A stretch of 64,000 bases of DNA from Eledone cirrhosa (taxonomy: Eukaryota). A program made the position numbers and the translations under genes. The DNA is taken from the NCBI GenBank assembly GCA_964016885.1, contig OZ024740.1, forward strand, positions 240,622,001 to 240,686,000, given 5' to 3'. Of the stretch, positions 38,515-51,649 are shown in pieces (position 1 is the stretch's first letter; each line of letters starts with the position of its first letter). Under the pieces are notes generated by a model that had not been told where the DNA came from, did not search any database, and worked only from the letters and a program-made list of their open reading frames with translations.

Positions 38515-39911
38515 ATGGATCCGAAAATATTCAAGAAAATTCTTCCGGATGATCCTAGTGAATCCGATTATGCCAACTGGAAGAGAATGTTGGCGATCTA
38601 TTTGGAAAACTTGTCTGTTCCTGATGAAAGTAAGCTGTCAGTCCTGGTTCTTTGCAGAGCCAATGCTTATACTCTCATTGAAGAAGCAACATCATTCAAT
38701 GAGGCGTTATCCATTCTTGATAATGAATTTCAAAAGAAAGGCTCAGCAATAATGACCCAACATAAACTACGCAACCATCATCAACAAGAAGGGCAATCAT
38801 TGGAGGCCTACATGACTGAATTAAAAGCCCTCGCAAAGAAATGCCCCACTAAACCCCTAACAGAGGAACAACATAGAAAATTGTTGATTTGTGATGCGTT
38901 TGTGTCGGGTGTTCAATCCGCCACCATAAAACAACTTCTGGAATCACCTGACGAAAATCTAGATAAAATATTCCAAACCGCTCTCACATTAGAACTGGCA
39001 ATACAAGATGCACAAAATCTGTCAACAACAACAATACAACTCGACCCCAAGCCAACGGCCAATGCGAAAGAGTTAACGGCACAATATGCAAAGCAATAAG
39101 TCTGGCATTGAAGACAAATAACCTCAATAAAAATGGAGTAACATGATTCCAATCGCTCTGTCGTCTATCCGAGGATTGCTTTGCACTGCTACAAACGCCA
39201 CACCACATGAAAGAGTATTTTCATTAACCAGATCGACAAACAATGGCACAGAAATACCAAAGTTTCTAAATAAACCAGGCAGAATCGTGCTACATCGACG
39301 TCACATAAGGAATAAAGGTGATGATCTCACGGAAAACGTTCAACTCATCGAGACGATCTCACCTTACTTTGCCAAGGTACAATTTAATAGTGGAAGAATA
39401 GACACATTCTCAACTACAAATCTCGCACCAGCAGCATCACCACAAAACAATGGAAATTCAACAACATCGGAGTGTCAGAATAATAACTCCCCAAAAGGCG
39501 CCAATTTAACTCAACCAACAGCAATATCTACCCCTGTGGCCGTTGGGAACGAAAGTATGACATCTACCGCCGATAACAATCCTACAGAGAGTGCTGAATT
39601 CGATGACGATGGATCTTCTGACACATTCTTAACCTCGAATAACACACCCCAACAACAAAGAACACGCCGAGGATGCTTAGTAGTGAGGCCAATGTGATAC
39701 AACAATTAACGCTAGAGGGAAAGAATGTGATGATATGATTTTGTTTTATAGCATCACTTTTGTCTCTTTGATGTGATTCCTTTTTATTCTTATTCGTTCT
39801 GTTCTTGTTTGTTGTATTGTTGACCCATACTAATTTCTTCTCTTATTGACTCTTTCTGTATTATTCTTAGATTGAATAAAAACCTTTGATTTGGTACAAA
39901 ATAATACAACA
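38515..39911 (+). mobile_element. Internally deleted Gypsy-like LTR retrotransposon (gag, integrase C-terminus, PPT, 3' LTR)
   Basis: Gag-like ORF 38515-39099 (QQEGQSLEAYMTELKALAKKC...DAFVSG); integrase tail SIRGLLCTATNATPHERVF; PPT agagggaaagaa followed by TG...CA LTR at 39726-39911. Confidence 0.8.
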
Positions 39912-40488
39912 GTTCATTTACTGTCTTATATACACCAGATTTTCTCATTCCATTAAATAACTTAACACTTCAATATCAACCAATCAACAAAGAGAAATTA
40001 AGCTACAGAGAGAAAATAAGATTTTCAATTGACATCTTTTAAGGACATCTCATCATTTCACATTCATTTTCTCTACTAGCAAGAGTTGGACAGATCGTCA
40101 CAGACTAAGTCAGTATTTAATTGTAGCCACTGATCTCTCAGATGGGCTGGGACCTATCTTCCTTTCATATTTTCCCACAAAGTGAGAAATGCTGTGCAAT
40201 AATGGCACCAGCACTAGGGAGGTTACCATGGAGGTTGTCATGTCCTTTTTACCCTTTATGTTTGTAAACAAAAAGGAAGAAATTGTGTTGTTGATCTGCT
40301 CAACATCGATTCTTGACTATCTTATTCAAGGACATGATGTAATGAGATGCTTGTAATGTGATAAGCATTCACAAACCTCATGAGTCTTTTCCTCCCCAAT
40401 TTGCTATATTTTTTTGTGGCATCAACCTGCCTTTTAACCTCACAACTAACATTCAAATATTTTTCTTCCTTTTCAATATATTGCCCAG

Positions 40489-40494
40489 TTTATT
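40489..40494 (-). terminator. Candidate ERCC6 polyadenylation signal AATAAA
   Basis: Minus-strand AATAAA about 330 nt downstream of the stop codon. Confidence 0.3.
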
Positions 40495-40819
40495 TCAATA
40501 TTCAATCTCTATGCTGAATATTTCAATAAACCTTTGAAATATTTGGAACCTTGGTTTGAAACGTTTTTACTTACAATTGAGTTCTTTCATTAGTATTCCT
40601 TATAATATCACTTTTATCTCATATCTGAGAGCTTTCAGTATTTAATTCCAATTGTTATCCATGTTATGATCATTCATTTAAGTAAAGAAAATACAGTTCT
40701 GTTTTCAAACATCAAAATATACTTTCTTCAATTTTTGACATGTTAAGTTACTAACATTTTCTGGCCAAGTTGAGAAAATTATTAAAACATTTGTTCCTTC
40801 TTGTAACCAGGTTGATTAT

Positions 40820-41212
40820 TTATCGAAAATCTTGTTTAAGTCGCCAAAATCCAATTCCATTTTTCCTATTAAAGTTACATATTTCTTTAAGCATTGCTTT
40901 AAATTTAGCTGAATCACTCACAGCTATTTTAGGTTTGAATTCTTTTAGAAGTTCATCAGTTGATGCTTCTCCATCAGTGCTACATTGGAATGCAATAAAG
41001 TTTCGTATATCAGAAATAAATTCAATGTCAAGAGAGCTTGCAGCACCATCATCATCAAGAGAATTGTTTAGAAGAGATTTTCTTGCTTTCATACGTGTCA
41101 ATAGTTCTTGGGAAGTCATTGGAGCCAAAGCTGAATTATGAGATGATTTCTTCAGTAAATATTTATTACCAGAAACATGACCATCGAAGTGTGATGTATC
41201 CTTTGCAGTCAT
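40820..41212 (-). CDS. ERCC6: ERCC6/CSB terminal exon (C-terminal winged-helix/ubiquitin-binding region)
   Basis: MTAKDTSHFDG...DIRNFIAFQ..DGEASTDELLKEF...FKAMLKEICNF...FWRLKQDFR*; AG acceptor; 393 nt. Confidence 0.93.
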   Translation of the reverse strand: MTAKDTSHFDGHVSGNKYLLKKSSHNSALAPMTSQELLTRMKARKSLLNNSLDDDGAASSLDIEFISDIRNFIAFQCSTDGEASTDELLKEFKPKIAVSDSAKFKAMLKEICNFNRKNGIGFWRLKQDFR

Positions 41213-42594
41213 CTGAAATATCAAATTAGATTTATTTTCAAAAGCTAACAAACATAATTTGTTTTAGTCATTATATTTAAAAAAACGAATTAGGAAAAAA
41301 AATTCCTATCAAATTTCCAATTTTTATGATAAATATTTTTTCATAAAATCTAGAAAATAAATTGTAACTACTTACATAAATTTTGATATTTTAATTCAAT
41401 CACTTATTTAATACAGTATCAATGAAATAGGCAAATCAAGCCCTAGATGATACACTTATCTATTACAAGTGACATAATAAAGGACTTACACATTAACTCT
41501 TTCAGACAATATTCATTGAATAGTTTATGTAAATAACAAGAATTATAACAATTACAAGTCAATTGTGCTTATTTATAATGACACTGCCACAACCACCTGA
41601 CAGGGTGGGCTGAGTTCTTTTTTGTTATACCAGCACTATCACTTTACAGTGCAGATTTTGATGGCCTAAGCTTTTCTGAGAGTATAGCAATTTTCAATTT
41701 CAACTAAATATTGTATTAGAAAACATGTTAATAAATGGACCTCTGACCTATCTGTGAAGTCAGTATCCCCTGCTTCAGTACTGACTTGGTCTGTGAAGAC
41801 CCATCCAGGGAAAGCAGATAATGATTATGTTCTTTATATATATATTGTAAATATTTTGACTATTGACAGTAGAAATACTCAATTTCTTCATCATTGAGTA
41901 GTATATGGAAGATTTATATGAGCTTCTTTATTTCAAATAGTATTGGAGATGATAAGAAGTAAGAAAAGCAGGTTATAGAGGCTCATTGCATCAAATTGCA
42001 TTGAAGGCAGTAACAAATAGCAAGAATAAACTAGTCCTTATTTTGGAAGGCAGAGCTGTTTTACAAGATATGATTGGTGGTTTCCAAGTTTAATCCCAAA
42101 CTTGGAGAACCAGAGATTACTTTTATTTAGTATATTTAGTGACCTGTTGAACATAATTACTAAGTCTAAAGACCCAGGTCAGCATAGTTATATTACACTT
42201 TATGTAAGTAATAATCTTAGGTGGCATAGCTCCCAGGTTCCCTCAAAACAAAATAACAACCTTAAAAAAACGGTCAGTTGAAATATCATAAGTTTCTATT
42301 TTCAAAGTAACCTAAGAATAGAACAGGTTTTACTCTACATAGCTTTCTGAATTAAAATAAAGAGATTTTATGACATTTGTTTGTTTGGAATAAAAGGATT
42401 CTTCTTGAAAAAATATTCTGTAAAAATCAACAAATAAAACATTAATTAAAGAGGAAGATTATTTAAAAGAGAGGTATCATTTTTTCAGGTAGGAATATAG
42501 GTATATGCTTCTACAAAGAGGTATAAACCAAGGAATTTGAACATCTATATTGATTACAAACATTAACTAAAGGAGAAGTTTGATTGTTCCTTAC

Positions 42595-42679
42595 ATTGAT
42601 AGGAGATTGTTTGGCAGGACTTTTAGCACTGTGTGCATTCTCCAATAATAATGAGTTCTTTTTCTGGCCAAATCTGGGT
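42595..42679 (-). CDS. ERCC6: ERCC6 exon
   Basis: PRFGQKKNS...SPIN; AG/GT; 85 nt; phases fit both neighbours. Confidence 0.85.
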
Positions 42680-43665
42680 CTAGAAAAGGAGAGTTGATAT
42701 TAACATTAACATCAACAACAATTATCAGCTGAATATAAAATAATTGTTTGTTAGAATTTAATAAAATTTTTTTAAATTAATTATAAATGTAAATATAAAC
42801 TATAAATTGTATATATGAATACTGGTTATATAAAAACAGATTTTATATTTTTGGATACAATGAAAATATTTCTTTAACCGAGGTAATAAGAAACATTTTG
42901 AGATCACATTATTTTCTTTGTCTTTAGTTTTGTATTTTGAGATGTAATTCAAGTAGACTATTTACAAACTGATAAACATTAAATAAAATATGAATCAAAA
43001 AATTATTAAAATAATAGCTATTTTTCTTCAACTACTAGTCAATGACATGTATGAGATCTGCATTACAAACAAAACATGTCAACAATATAATATTCTTACT
43101 GCTGCAGTAAGGAGTCATATTTTTCCATCGTACTTATTTACAGCTAGTTGACTGGGCTATTGATTGAACACTGCAGAGGCATTATTCTACACGTCTGATT
43201 CTCCATAGTTTCCTGATTTCCTTCTTCAGTGAGAGTGCTGGATTACAGTGTTAAATAGGATGTCTTTTGACATTTATTCTGGCACTTTGCATTTTGAGTT
43301 TAAAGCCTTATATGGCCTACTTGGATGGTAAACTTAATCAGTCTCTCAGTTTAATACCACCACCTGGCCCTCAGTGCCTTTAGCAGAGTCCATTCAATTG
43401 CATGCGTTTAGGTTAGGTTTCTGAAACCTTCCTCCCTACCTCCCACTAGATTTGGAGCCTCTGAAAAGGATCATGGGCACTGCTCTTCCTCCTGATTAAA
43501 CAATGAAAAAGTACTTCACAGTACAAGATACAATGGAATATGAACGAAAGGCCAACTGTAGCCTGCATATAGAGTAGGAAAGCTTAAATGACTCATCCAA
43601 GAAACTTTAGAATAAAACTGTGAAAAGACAGAATAAAAAGAAAAAGAAACTAAAAAAATACTTAC

Positions 43666-43864
43666 TTTTTCGTATTCATTTTATTGCCTCCATAGTTCCC
43701 AGTCCATGTTGGTATACCAGAGCTTGCTCTGTTACACCGATGCCTGGAAAGTTTCAGAGCATTCATTGCTTGTTTAGCAACTTTATTTGCTTCTGATTCA
43801 ACCAGAAGATAGTCTGCTTGCGATGAATCCATGACTGTATCATGTTTTAGTGCACTGTGAACAC
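43666..43864 (-). CDS. ERCC6: ERCC6 exon
   Basis: [30 protein letters not shown]...GIPTWTG; 199 nt; AG/GT. Confidence 0.93.
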
Positions 43865-43968
43865 CTAATAAAAGAAAATAAATTAATTAGACATTACAAA
43901 TTATGAGCAATTAACACCATGCACATTATTAACATCATCGTGAATGCTGTCACAACTATTATCATATC

Positions 43969-44155
43969 AGATTGGCAGTATCGGTAGAGGGTTGGACGCC
44001 ATGCTTTGCAACATAGAGTTATGACCCTTTACGGTCTGGGTTCAAATACCTCCAAGGTTAACTTTGCCTTTCATCCTTACGGGGTGGATAAAATAAAGCA
44101 CCATTAATGCACTGGGATAATTGCTGGCCTTGTGCCAAAAGTAGAAACAATTATT
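43969..44155 (+). mobile_element. tRNA-derived SINE (intronic)
   Basis: Family match with 20961. Confidence 0.8.
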
Positions 44156-44232
44156 ACTACTATTACTAACATCAGCAATTTTAAATGTTTATTCATACTG
44201 AAGTTGAAAGGTCATCAACATAACATTATCTC

Positions 44233-44540
44233 AGGGGTGCAGACATGGCTGTATGGTTAAGAAGTTTGCTCTGTAACGATGTAGTTTTGGGTTTGATCCC
44301 ACTATGTGACACTTTGAGCAAGTGTTTTCTTCAAGATCCTCAGGCTGACCAACGCCATGTAAGTGAAATTTTGTAGGCAGAAACTGTTGAAACCAAGTGT
44401 GCGTGTGTGTGTGCACATACATGTGCATGCGTGTTGGCTTATGTCTTCACATTGACACAGTTTAAACAACCAATGGTGTTTGTTTATGTTCTGCAAAATA
44501 GTGGTTTGATAGATGAAGATCAGTGAAATAAATGTATTCA
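44233..44540 (+). mobile_element. Degenerate tRNA-derived CORE-like SINE
   Basis: tggctgtatggttaagaag A-box-like head and ctttgagcaagtg block. Confidence 0.5.
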
Positions 44541-45268
44541 TGAGTAAATAACAATAATATTATTTTATTATTAATATTTGGTTTCTTTGCAAGCAAACAG
44601 CCTCATAAACATCATGTGTTAGATGACCAACGTCATCCTTTTGTTCCAGCAGATGCTGAGAGAAAACAATCGACAATTGTTTCCGAGTTTTTGTTCCTTA
44701 TGAAGATTGTGTATTCTTGTCACTGTTACCCACTAGAACTGCTGAGAATACATAGTATTCTCAAATGTATGCATCGGCTGATTAGCCTAATTTGCATACC
44801 GAGTGATTTTATGGCCGGCTTTGCTGAAAATTAAAAAAAACAAAATTTGTTTTCACTCTTAACATGGTAAAATAAATATCATGCTTAAAAAATAAATAAG
44901 GCTTAGTGTTAAGAAGGGCATTTAGATGAAGAATATTACCTAAAAAAAAATTTTATCCAGTCCATTCCATCATGGAAAAATGGACATTAAAATGATCACG
45001 AAAAAAAAAAAATAAAAAGCTGATGACTTCTACATACTACAACTGATATACTGCAGCAACTACCCATCTCATTTCTTAAATGAAAAACTCAATGAAAATG
45101 AAAATCATATTAATAAAAAAAAACATTTTATACCCATTTCCAATTTATTGTATGATTCTTTTCTATTACCTATAGTATTTCTAATATAAGTGCTAGACCT
45201 CATAAATTTGGGAGAAAGGATATTATTGATTATATTTAAGACATATGAACTCAGAATGTAAAAGATTA

Positions 45269-45452
45269 TAATTGTTTCTACTTTAGGCACAAGGCCAGCA
45301 ATTACCCAGTGCATGACTGGTACTTTATTTTATCGACCCCGTAAGGATGAAAGGCAAAGTCAACCTCGGCGGGATTTGAACTCAGATCGTAAAGGGACGT
45401 AACTATGCTGGAAAGCATGGCGTCCGACCCTCTACCGATACTGCCAATCCAC
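45269..45452 (-). mobile_element. tRNA-derived SINE (intronic)
   Basis: Near-identical to 23561-23750. Confidence 0.85.
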
Positions 45453-46249
45453 TAATGAAATACCATATAGCAATTTGTCTATCGCTTTACAAATTCTGCC
45501 AATTAAAAATTATTTGATATAGAAATTATTAATAAGGAAAAAAATTTAAATACAAAAAAAAAAAGCAACTGCATGTTCAATAAATGCTTTTCATTGTTGT
45601 CGTCATCATCATCACTGTTTTATGACTATTTCCATGTTTGCATAAGTTAGAATGGGTGTCAGATTCTGTCAGATGACTGTCTTGCTCATACATTCCATTT
45701 TGACATGATTTCTAAAGCTGGATGCTCTTCTTAATGCCAACTACTTTGCAGCTGAATTTGTTTTCTAATGACACTGCCACTACCACCTGACAGGGTGGGC
45801 TGGGTGATTTTTTGCGGTACCAGCACTATCACTTTTCAGTGAGGGCTGGGTGCATTTTATTATGACATTAGCACTACCACTTTAAAGAATAGGTTGGGTG
45901 CATTTTATTGTGACACCAGCACTTCCACTTTCCAGTTTAGACTGAGTGTATTTTATTGTGGAACCAGCACTACAACATTTCAACACTAGGGTGCTTGCAT
46001 CTTTTATATATTATATATTTTTTATATTATTTAGTGAGAAGATAAGTGGCACCCATGACCACCGCACCTTTTCCAAACTGGTGGAGTCAATGTTGTTAAT
46101 GTTTAGTATATACATAGATGCAGTAAATATGAGGAACATAGGAAATTTCAGAGGGTTGAAGTTGTGAGCAAGAAAGACTAAGCAAAAAGTTTACTGAGGG
46201 TTTTGGTGAGTAAGACAAGAAATTCAGACAGAAAAGTAAATGTAATTAC

Positions 46250-46390
46250 CTGATTTTTTGAAAAGCTTCTGCAATACATAATCATCCATCATATGATTTA
46301 GTACTTTGTCATTTTTGTCATCAGAATCATTAGCTCCATGTTTGAAATTAGCTTTCTTCACCACATTAGAAATTACTTCACCGTCACAAT
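46250..46390 (-). CDS. ERCC6: ERCC6 exon
   Basis: ...MDDYVLQKLFKKS; 141 nt; phase 1-1; AG/GT. Confidence 0.9.
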
Positions 46391-46973
46391 CTAAATTAAC
46401 AGGTATATAATTGCTTTAAATACAAACATATAACTAAAACAGAATTTTAAAAAACAATCAAGTAATAACTAATATTTGTATCAGAAATTAATATTAAAAA
46501 TATATTACGAGTTATCATCAACATAACAGTTTTATCAACTTAAAAATTAATAGAGATGGTAGAAACAGTGTAGTAGCAGAATTAAATGCCTTACAGTTTT
46601 TGGTTTCACTTCTCAAGATTGAAAAGTGAAGATGAAATATGACTATTTTGATAGGCAAGATATATAATAAAAAACAAACAAAACTAATATCATTTAATTA
46701 TGGGCAACTTGTTACATATACAAATCAACTAATAAGTATTAAGGAATAATATCACTCACAAGGCTTGGGAGTGAGCCAAAGTTATAGCAAAAGACACCTA
46801 AGATGTCATGCAGTGGAATCAAAACTGGGATCTCATGATTGCGAAGTAAACTCTTTAATCAATCAGCTATGCCTGCATTCCCAATCAATATATTAGCAAT
46901 TCTCTATTAACACTACATCTCTAATTAGACATCTAGGCGCTAGACATACAGCAAGTTAAAAAAAAACACTTAC

Positions 46974-47530
46974 AAATATCTTTATTCTTTTTCCGTTTGC
47001 TTTTTTTGTGTTTTCTTTTTCGGCATTCATTTGAAGTGAGTGGACCATAACTGGTTCCAGGTTGAATATTGGATTCACTATGTTGACGAAAACTGAGTGC
47101 AACCTTTTCTCTATCTTGGTTATTGTCAGAAGTGCTTTCATCTTGATCCATAACATTACCATTCACTCTATCATCTTCACAATGTTTTTCTTCTGAATTT
47201 GAAGTATTCCCTTTAATAGATGCTTCCAACTTAGATTTCTCTATCTTCTGGCTGAGTTTCTTTACCATTTGTCGCATTTTCTCTTTTTGCTTATTACTTA
47301 GCTCAAAATTTACCGAACCATCTTCTTGTTTTAAGATATCAAATCGATTTGGTTTTTTAGGTTTAATATCAACTTCAGAGCCTGTCCCAGCAAACATGGC
47401 ACCAGTTTCAGTTCCATTAGTGTTATCATCAATTAGGGTAAAAAGTTCATGAAGTTCATTTGATTTAAAGAATCGCTGTTGTTTGGGATTTTTCAGGACT
47501 CGGTTACTCAAAAATTGCTTAAAGATCTGC
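46974..47530 (-). CDS. ERCC6: ERCC6 exon
   Basis: [32 protein letters not shown]...[10 protein letters not shown], then a low-complexity basic region; 557 nt; AG/GT. Confidence 0.93.
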
Positions 47531-47562
47531 CTATAATATATGAAAAAAACAAACAATTATAA

Positions 47563-47593
<31 letters not shown>

Positions 47594-48291
47594 AAGAAGA
47601 ACGATGAAGTTTCATTTGCATGTATTTATGTTTTCATTGCATATTGACCTGTTACAGACGTTTCACAGATGATTAGCTCAAAGTCACCCATGGAATTTAT
47701 GGACCTGACTCCAGTATCGATCTGCTCGTCAGACTGGTGATTCGACAAAAAATAAAGTGTTTTGGGGTGATCGGTAAAATGTTGGTATATATAAATATCG
47801 GCCCTATTTTTTTGCAAGGGTTTGTGCATATGTAAGTGTTTAAGTGCATAGGCATGCCTACTTGTGTGTGCATATATGTATATGTGTGTGTGTGTGTGTG
47901 TTTATGCCTGTATATTGAATTGTGAGTGTGTATATATTTGTACATGCGTGTGTGTGTAAAGACCAGAAGGGCTGATGGTCAGCCAAGTGTCCACTATCAG
48001 ACATTACCAGATAGACAAAATAATGTTCAAAGCAGGACATGGAACAATGAACCCCTCAGCAGAGTAGTGTGGAGTTTGGTACTGTTTGGCATTGGTGTCA
48101 GGTTACAATTGCCCATCAGGCAGTAACAGCACCACCAACAACAGCAGCAGGCGCGGCAACTTCCACACCACCAAATAAATAAATCAAGCCATAATGTCAA
48201 TAGTAGTAGTATCATCACAAGTAACAATAATGATTGGTACAGTGTATGGAAATAATATATTAGGCTAATGCTTGAAATAGCACGAAGAAGG

Positions 48292-48325
48292 TCTTAACGT
48301 TTCGGATGCTAGTCCTTCATCAGAA
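48292..48325 (-). ncRNA. Intronic minimal hammerhead motif, sense to ERCC6
   Basis: TT-CTGATGA-AGGACTAGCATCC-GAAAC-GTT-AA; core intact, stem I shortened by a deletion; within repeat copy 48232-48376. Confidence 0.5.
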
Positions 48326-49809
48326 TGAGAAATTAGAAAGATTGAAGGGATGGGCAGAGTGGAATTGGGAAAAATGACATAAACACACACACCTTATGAT
48401 AAAGCACTTTATTGTATTTCAATAAAAGTCATTAACCACACACACTTGCACAATAAGTTCAACCTTTTTACAGTCACTATATGCTTGTAACTAGGGCAGA
48501 GCACATCTCTCAGTTGACTATAGACTGCCTGGCTATCAACAGGTTACATTGAGACTTTATATTTCAAATTAATTTGTTGGAGAAGGAAAGGGAGAGCCCA
48601 TCAGCTTTATCAGCCCTTCTAGACAGGGAGTGATGCAGTTGTAGCTGTTAGAACTTTTGGAGAACTATGGCATTAGAAAAGGCAATCCTCTACATAGTCA
48701 AGTGACTTGCTAGAAACACCAGTCAAACTCTCTTAACTCACATCCCACCATCTAAGAAAAGGGAGATATTGGATAATGTAGTTCCCAATACATTATGCTT
48801 GAAAAAAAAAAAAGGCTGGACAGCCATGGCTAGAACACCTTTGATCACTGGTCTGCTAGATCAGCACTGACTTGAGCTAAGTAAGTAACAAAATGAGCTG
48901 GGAAAAAAATTCCAGAAAGCAGTAGTTCTGAAGAGAATTGTTTAGGGAATTGTTTATTATAAGACTGGGGTGAAACAGATTAGGGACTATAATAGAAGAG
49001 TGTAGTACATTAAAAGATGAGAGCAGTGATGCTATGTAGTTAGTCAGTCCAGAGGAACAGAAACTGTTGTAGTAGTGTTAGAAGAGACAGAGAGTAAAAC
49101 CAGCACATCAATGAGCCAGTGGTTGTAGCATATTCCTGAAATTCTACCAACTGAATGGCTTTTTAGAGGATGTGCTTGAGAATAGAAGGTTTGTGTATAT
49201 GTTTGTGTGTAGCACTTTATCAGAGCTGAGGAATACTCTAATGTAGATTGCATTTGAGCATTTGTAGAGATTCAGCAAAAGACCTAATGTTTGTAGCCAC
49301 TTTGAAGAGTTTAGTTGCATAGAGAGGGTTTAGTGCATGTCCGTTTTTTTGAAACATGCAATCATTGTATTTTTGTATTATGCTTTGTTGTCTCCATAGA
49401 GGTCTGTCTGAATGCTTATAACAAAGCATACTCTGTTAAAGGCATTCAAGAGTCCCATGATATTGTTAATCAGGTTTCGTTCAGTCTACCACCTTAAGAA
49501 ATAAAATTTAAAAAAGGCCTGTGTTGTTTTATCATGCATTGATGAAATAAGTAAGGCTGACTTTGTCCTCTGTGTAAGAGTAAGAGTTGAGTCCTTAATA
49601 ATAGGAAGGGTATCCAGCTGTAAATACAATTGCTTCAACAATATACAAATGTCCAACTTTATGAAATCCATCCCACCAATGCCAGCAGAAAGAAATGTAT
49701 GTAAAAAGAAAATCTATAAAATTGCACTGTCAAGAGAACAAGTATAAATGTTTTGAAAATAAGTTATTACAAAGAAAATGCCATAAACCATCAATGGGTT
49801 CTGATTTAC

Positions 49810-50024
49810 CTGTGGTAAATTTTTTCTTCAATTGTTCCTGAAGTAAGCAACCTATATATTGTGACTTGCCTTTTCTGTCCAATTCTCCAAGCACGCTCAC
49901 GTGCCTGTGTGTCAGTGCTTGGGTTCCAATCTGGGTCATAGATAATGATACGATTGGCACCAGTCAAATTTACACCCAATCCTCCAACTCGTGTTGTTAA
50001 GAGAAATAAATAAATTGAATTATC
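49810..50024 (-). CDS. ERCC6: ERCC6 exon (helicase motifs V-VI)
   Basis: [44 protein letters not shown]...IEEKIYHR; 215 nt. Confidence 0.96.
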
Positions 50025-50408
50025 CTGAAAGAAGAATTTATTAGTAGATTGTATTTGATTTGTTTAACATTCAAACAATAATGCATTTTTTCTCTCCCTA
50101 AAGAAGACAGAAGATTGCAGAATTGATGAAAATTAATCTTATAGGAAGCAACTATTTTAAAAGTAATTCATAATTATTCTGAATTACATTTACTCTATAT
50201 GTTATAAGGACAACTATATTATTGATTCCATTGGACTGAGTTTAACTTAAAGTCCTATACCACAGGAAACCACATTAACAAGACATTCTTGAAAAGTATA
50301 AAACAACACTATGACTGCATCACATTAAAAATGTAGTTTTTACTCTAATACTACAAATGTTCACAATGAGCTGCTCACTAGTAAAGACACTATAAGCCTT
50401 AAGTAGTT

Positions 50409-50949
50409 AGAGATGTCAACATGAATGGATCAGTTATTTTTCTCTAAAGACATTTTTTTCTGATTCCATCTTGCCTGTCCCCTCAATCTTTCTAATTTCT
50501 CATTCTTTCTTCTGATGAAGGAATAGCATCCAAAACGTTAAAACCCTCTTCCTGCTATTTCAAGTGTTAAACTAATATATTCCTTCCATATACTGTACCG
50601 ATTGTGTTGTCATTTCTGTTTACCTTTTACATACATGCAACTTTCATGACCTAGTCCATCAGCTTGATGCCTCATTAGTTACTTCTAGAACATTAGTTAC
50701 TCTAGAGCATCTCCTTTGCCTTTATATATATATATGTGTATGTAAAAGGTAAACAGAAATAATACAATTGGTACAGTGTATGGAACGAGTATATTAGGTT
50801 AACGCTTGAAATAGCAGGAAGAGGGCCTTAACGTTTTGGACGCTAGTCCTTCATTAGAAGAAAGAATGAGAAATTAGAAAGATTGAAGGGGCTGGCAGGG
50901 CGGAATCGTAAAAAGATGTTTTTAGAGAAAAATACAGGTCCATTCATGT

Positions 50950-50955
<6 letters not shown>
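50409..50955. repeat. Inverted pair of hammerhead-family repeats (50409-50637 and 50735-50955)
   Basis: About 220-bp arms around a spacer with (TA)n; both cores damaged (GAAA to AAAA; one CTAATGA). Confidence 0.8.
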
Positions 50956-50979
<24 letters not shown>

Positions 50980-50987
<8 letters not shown>

Positions 50988-51089
50988 CCTCTGTTAGAAA
51001 TTAATCTTCTGAGTTCAAGCCTTTATAACAGGATATATATATATAAAGGCTTGAACTCAGAACATTAATTTCTAACGGAGGGTACATAT
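50980..51089. repeat. Intronic hairpin with about 47-bp arms
   Basis: atatgtaccctctgttagaaattaat..ttctgagttcaagcctttata / tataaaggcttgaactcagaa.attaatttctaacggagggtacatat. Confidence 0.85.
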
Positions 51090-51141
51090 TCTTATTTATC
51101 TTTTTTTTAAAAAACTTTTTTAATGAAAATGATTGACTTAC

Positions 51142-51252
51142 TTCATTGAAACGTGTAATTAAAGGTTGCCTTGTAGAGATTGGTGTGGTCCCATCCATCC
51201 TTACATAGGTGTAGTCGTTAATTTTGGAAAAGGTTTCTAGAATATCTAACAT
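51142..51252 (-). CDS. ERCC6: ERCC6 exon
   Basis: MLDILE...[22 protein letters not shown]; 111 nt; AG/GT. Confidence 0.95.
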
Positions 51253-51649
51253 CTGCATGAAATATAGAATATTATAAATAAAACAAGGCACACCACCATA
51301 ATACCTGATAGAAATAGCAGGTAAATCTTCCTCAAATCACACAATACTATTTTATATGAGGAAAGGACACAGTAGATAATGTAGTCCTAGATACCTCTAA
51401 AAAGATGAGATGGTCACAGTTGAAATGCCTTTAATCATAAGACTGCAACGGTCAACATTGGGTTAAACAACAACAGCAACAACAAATATAAGGAAGTACT
51501 GTTATATTTATGTAGAGTGGAGCTTCAGTTTAACTTGTGCTACATAATGCATTGCAAGTGAGAGGTGTCATTTGTCTATCAGAGAGAAATATATGAGGTG
51601 CAAGTTAAAAGAAACAATTCACCTGAACATCAAATCGCATTGCCGTGCT

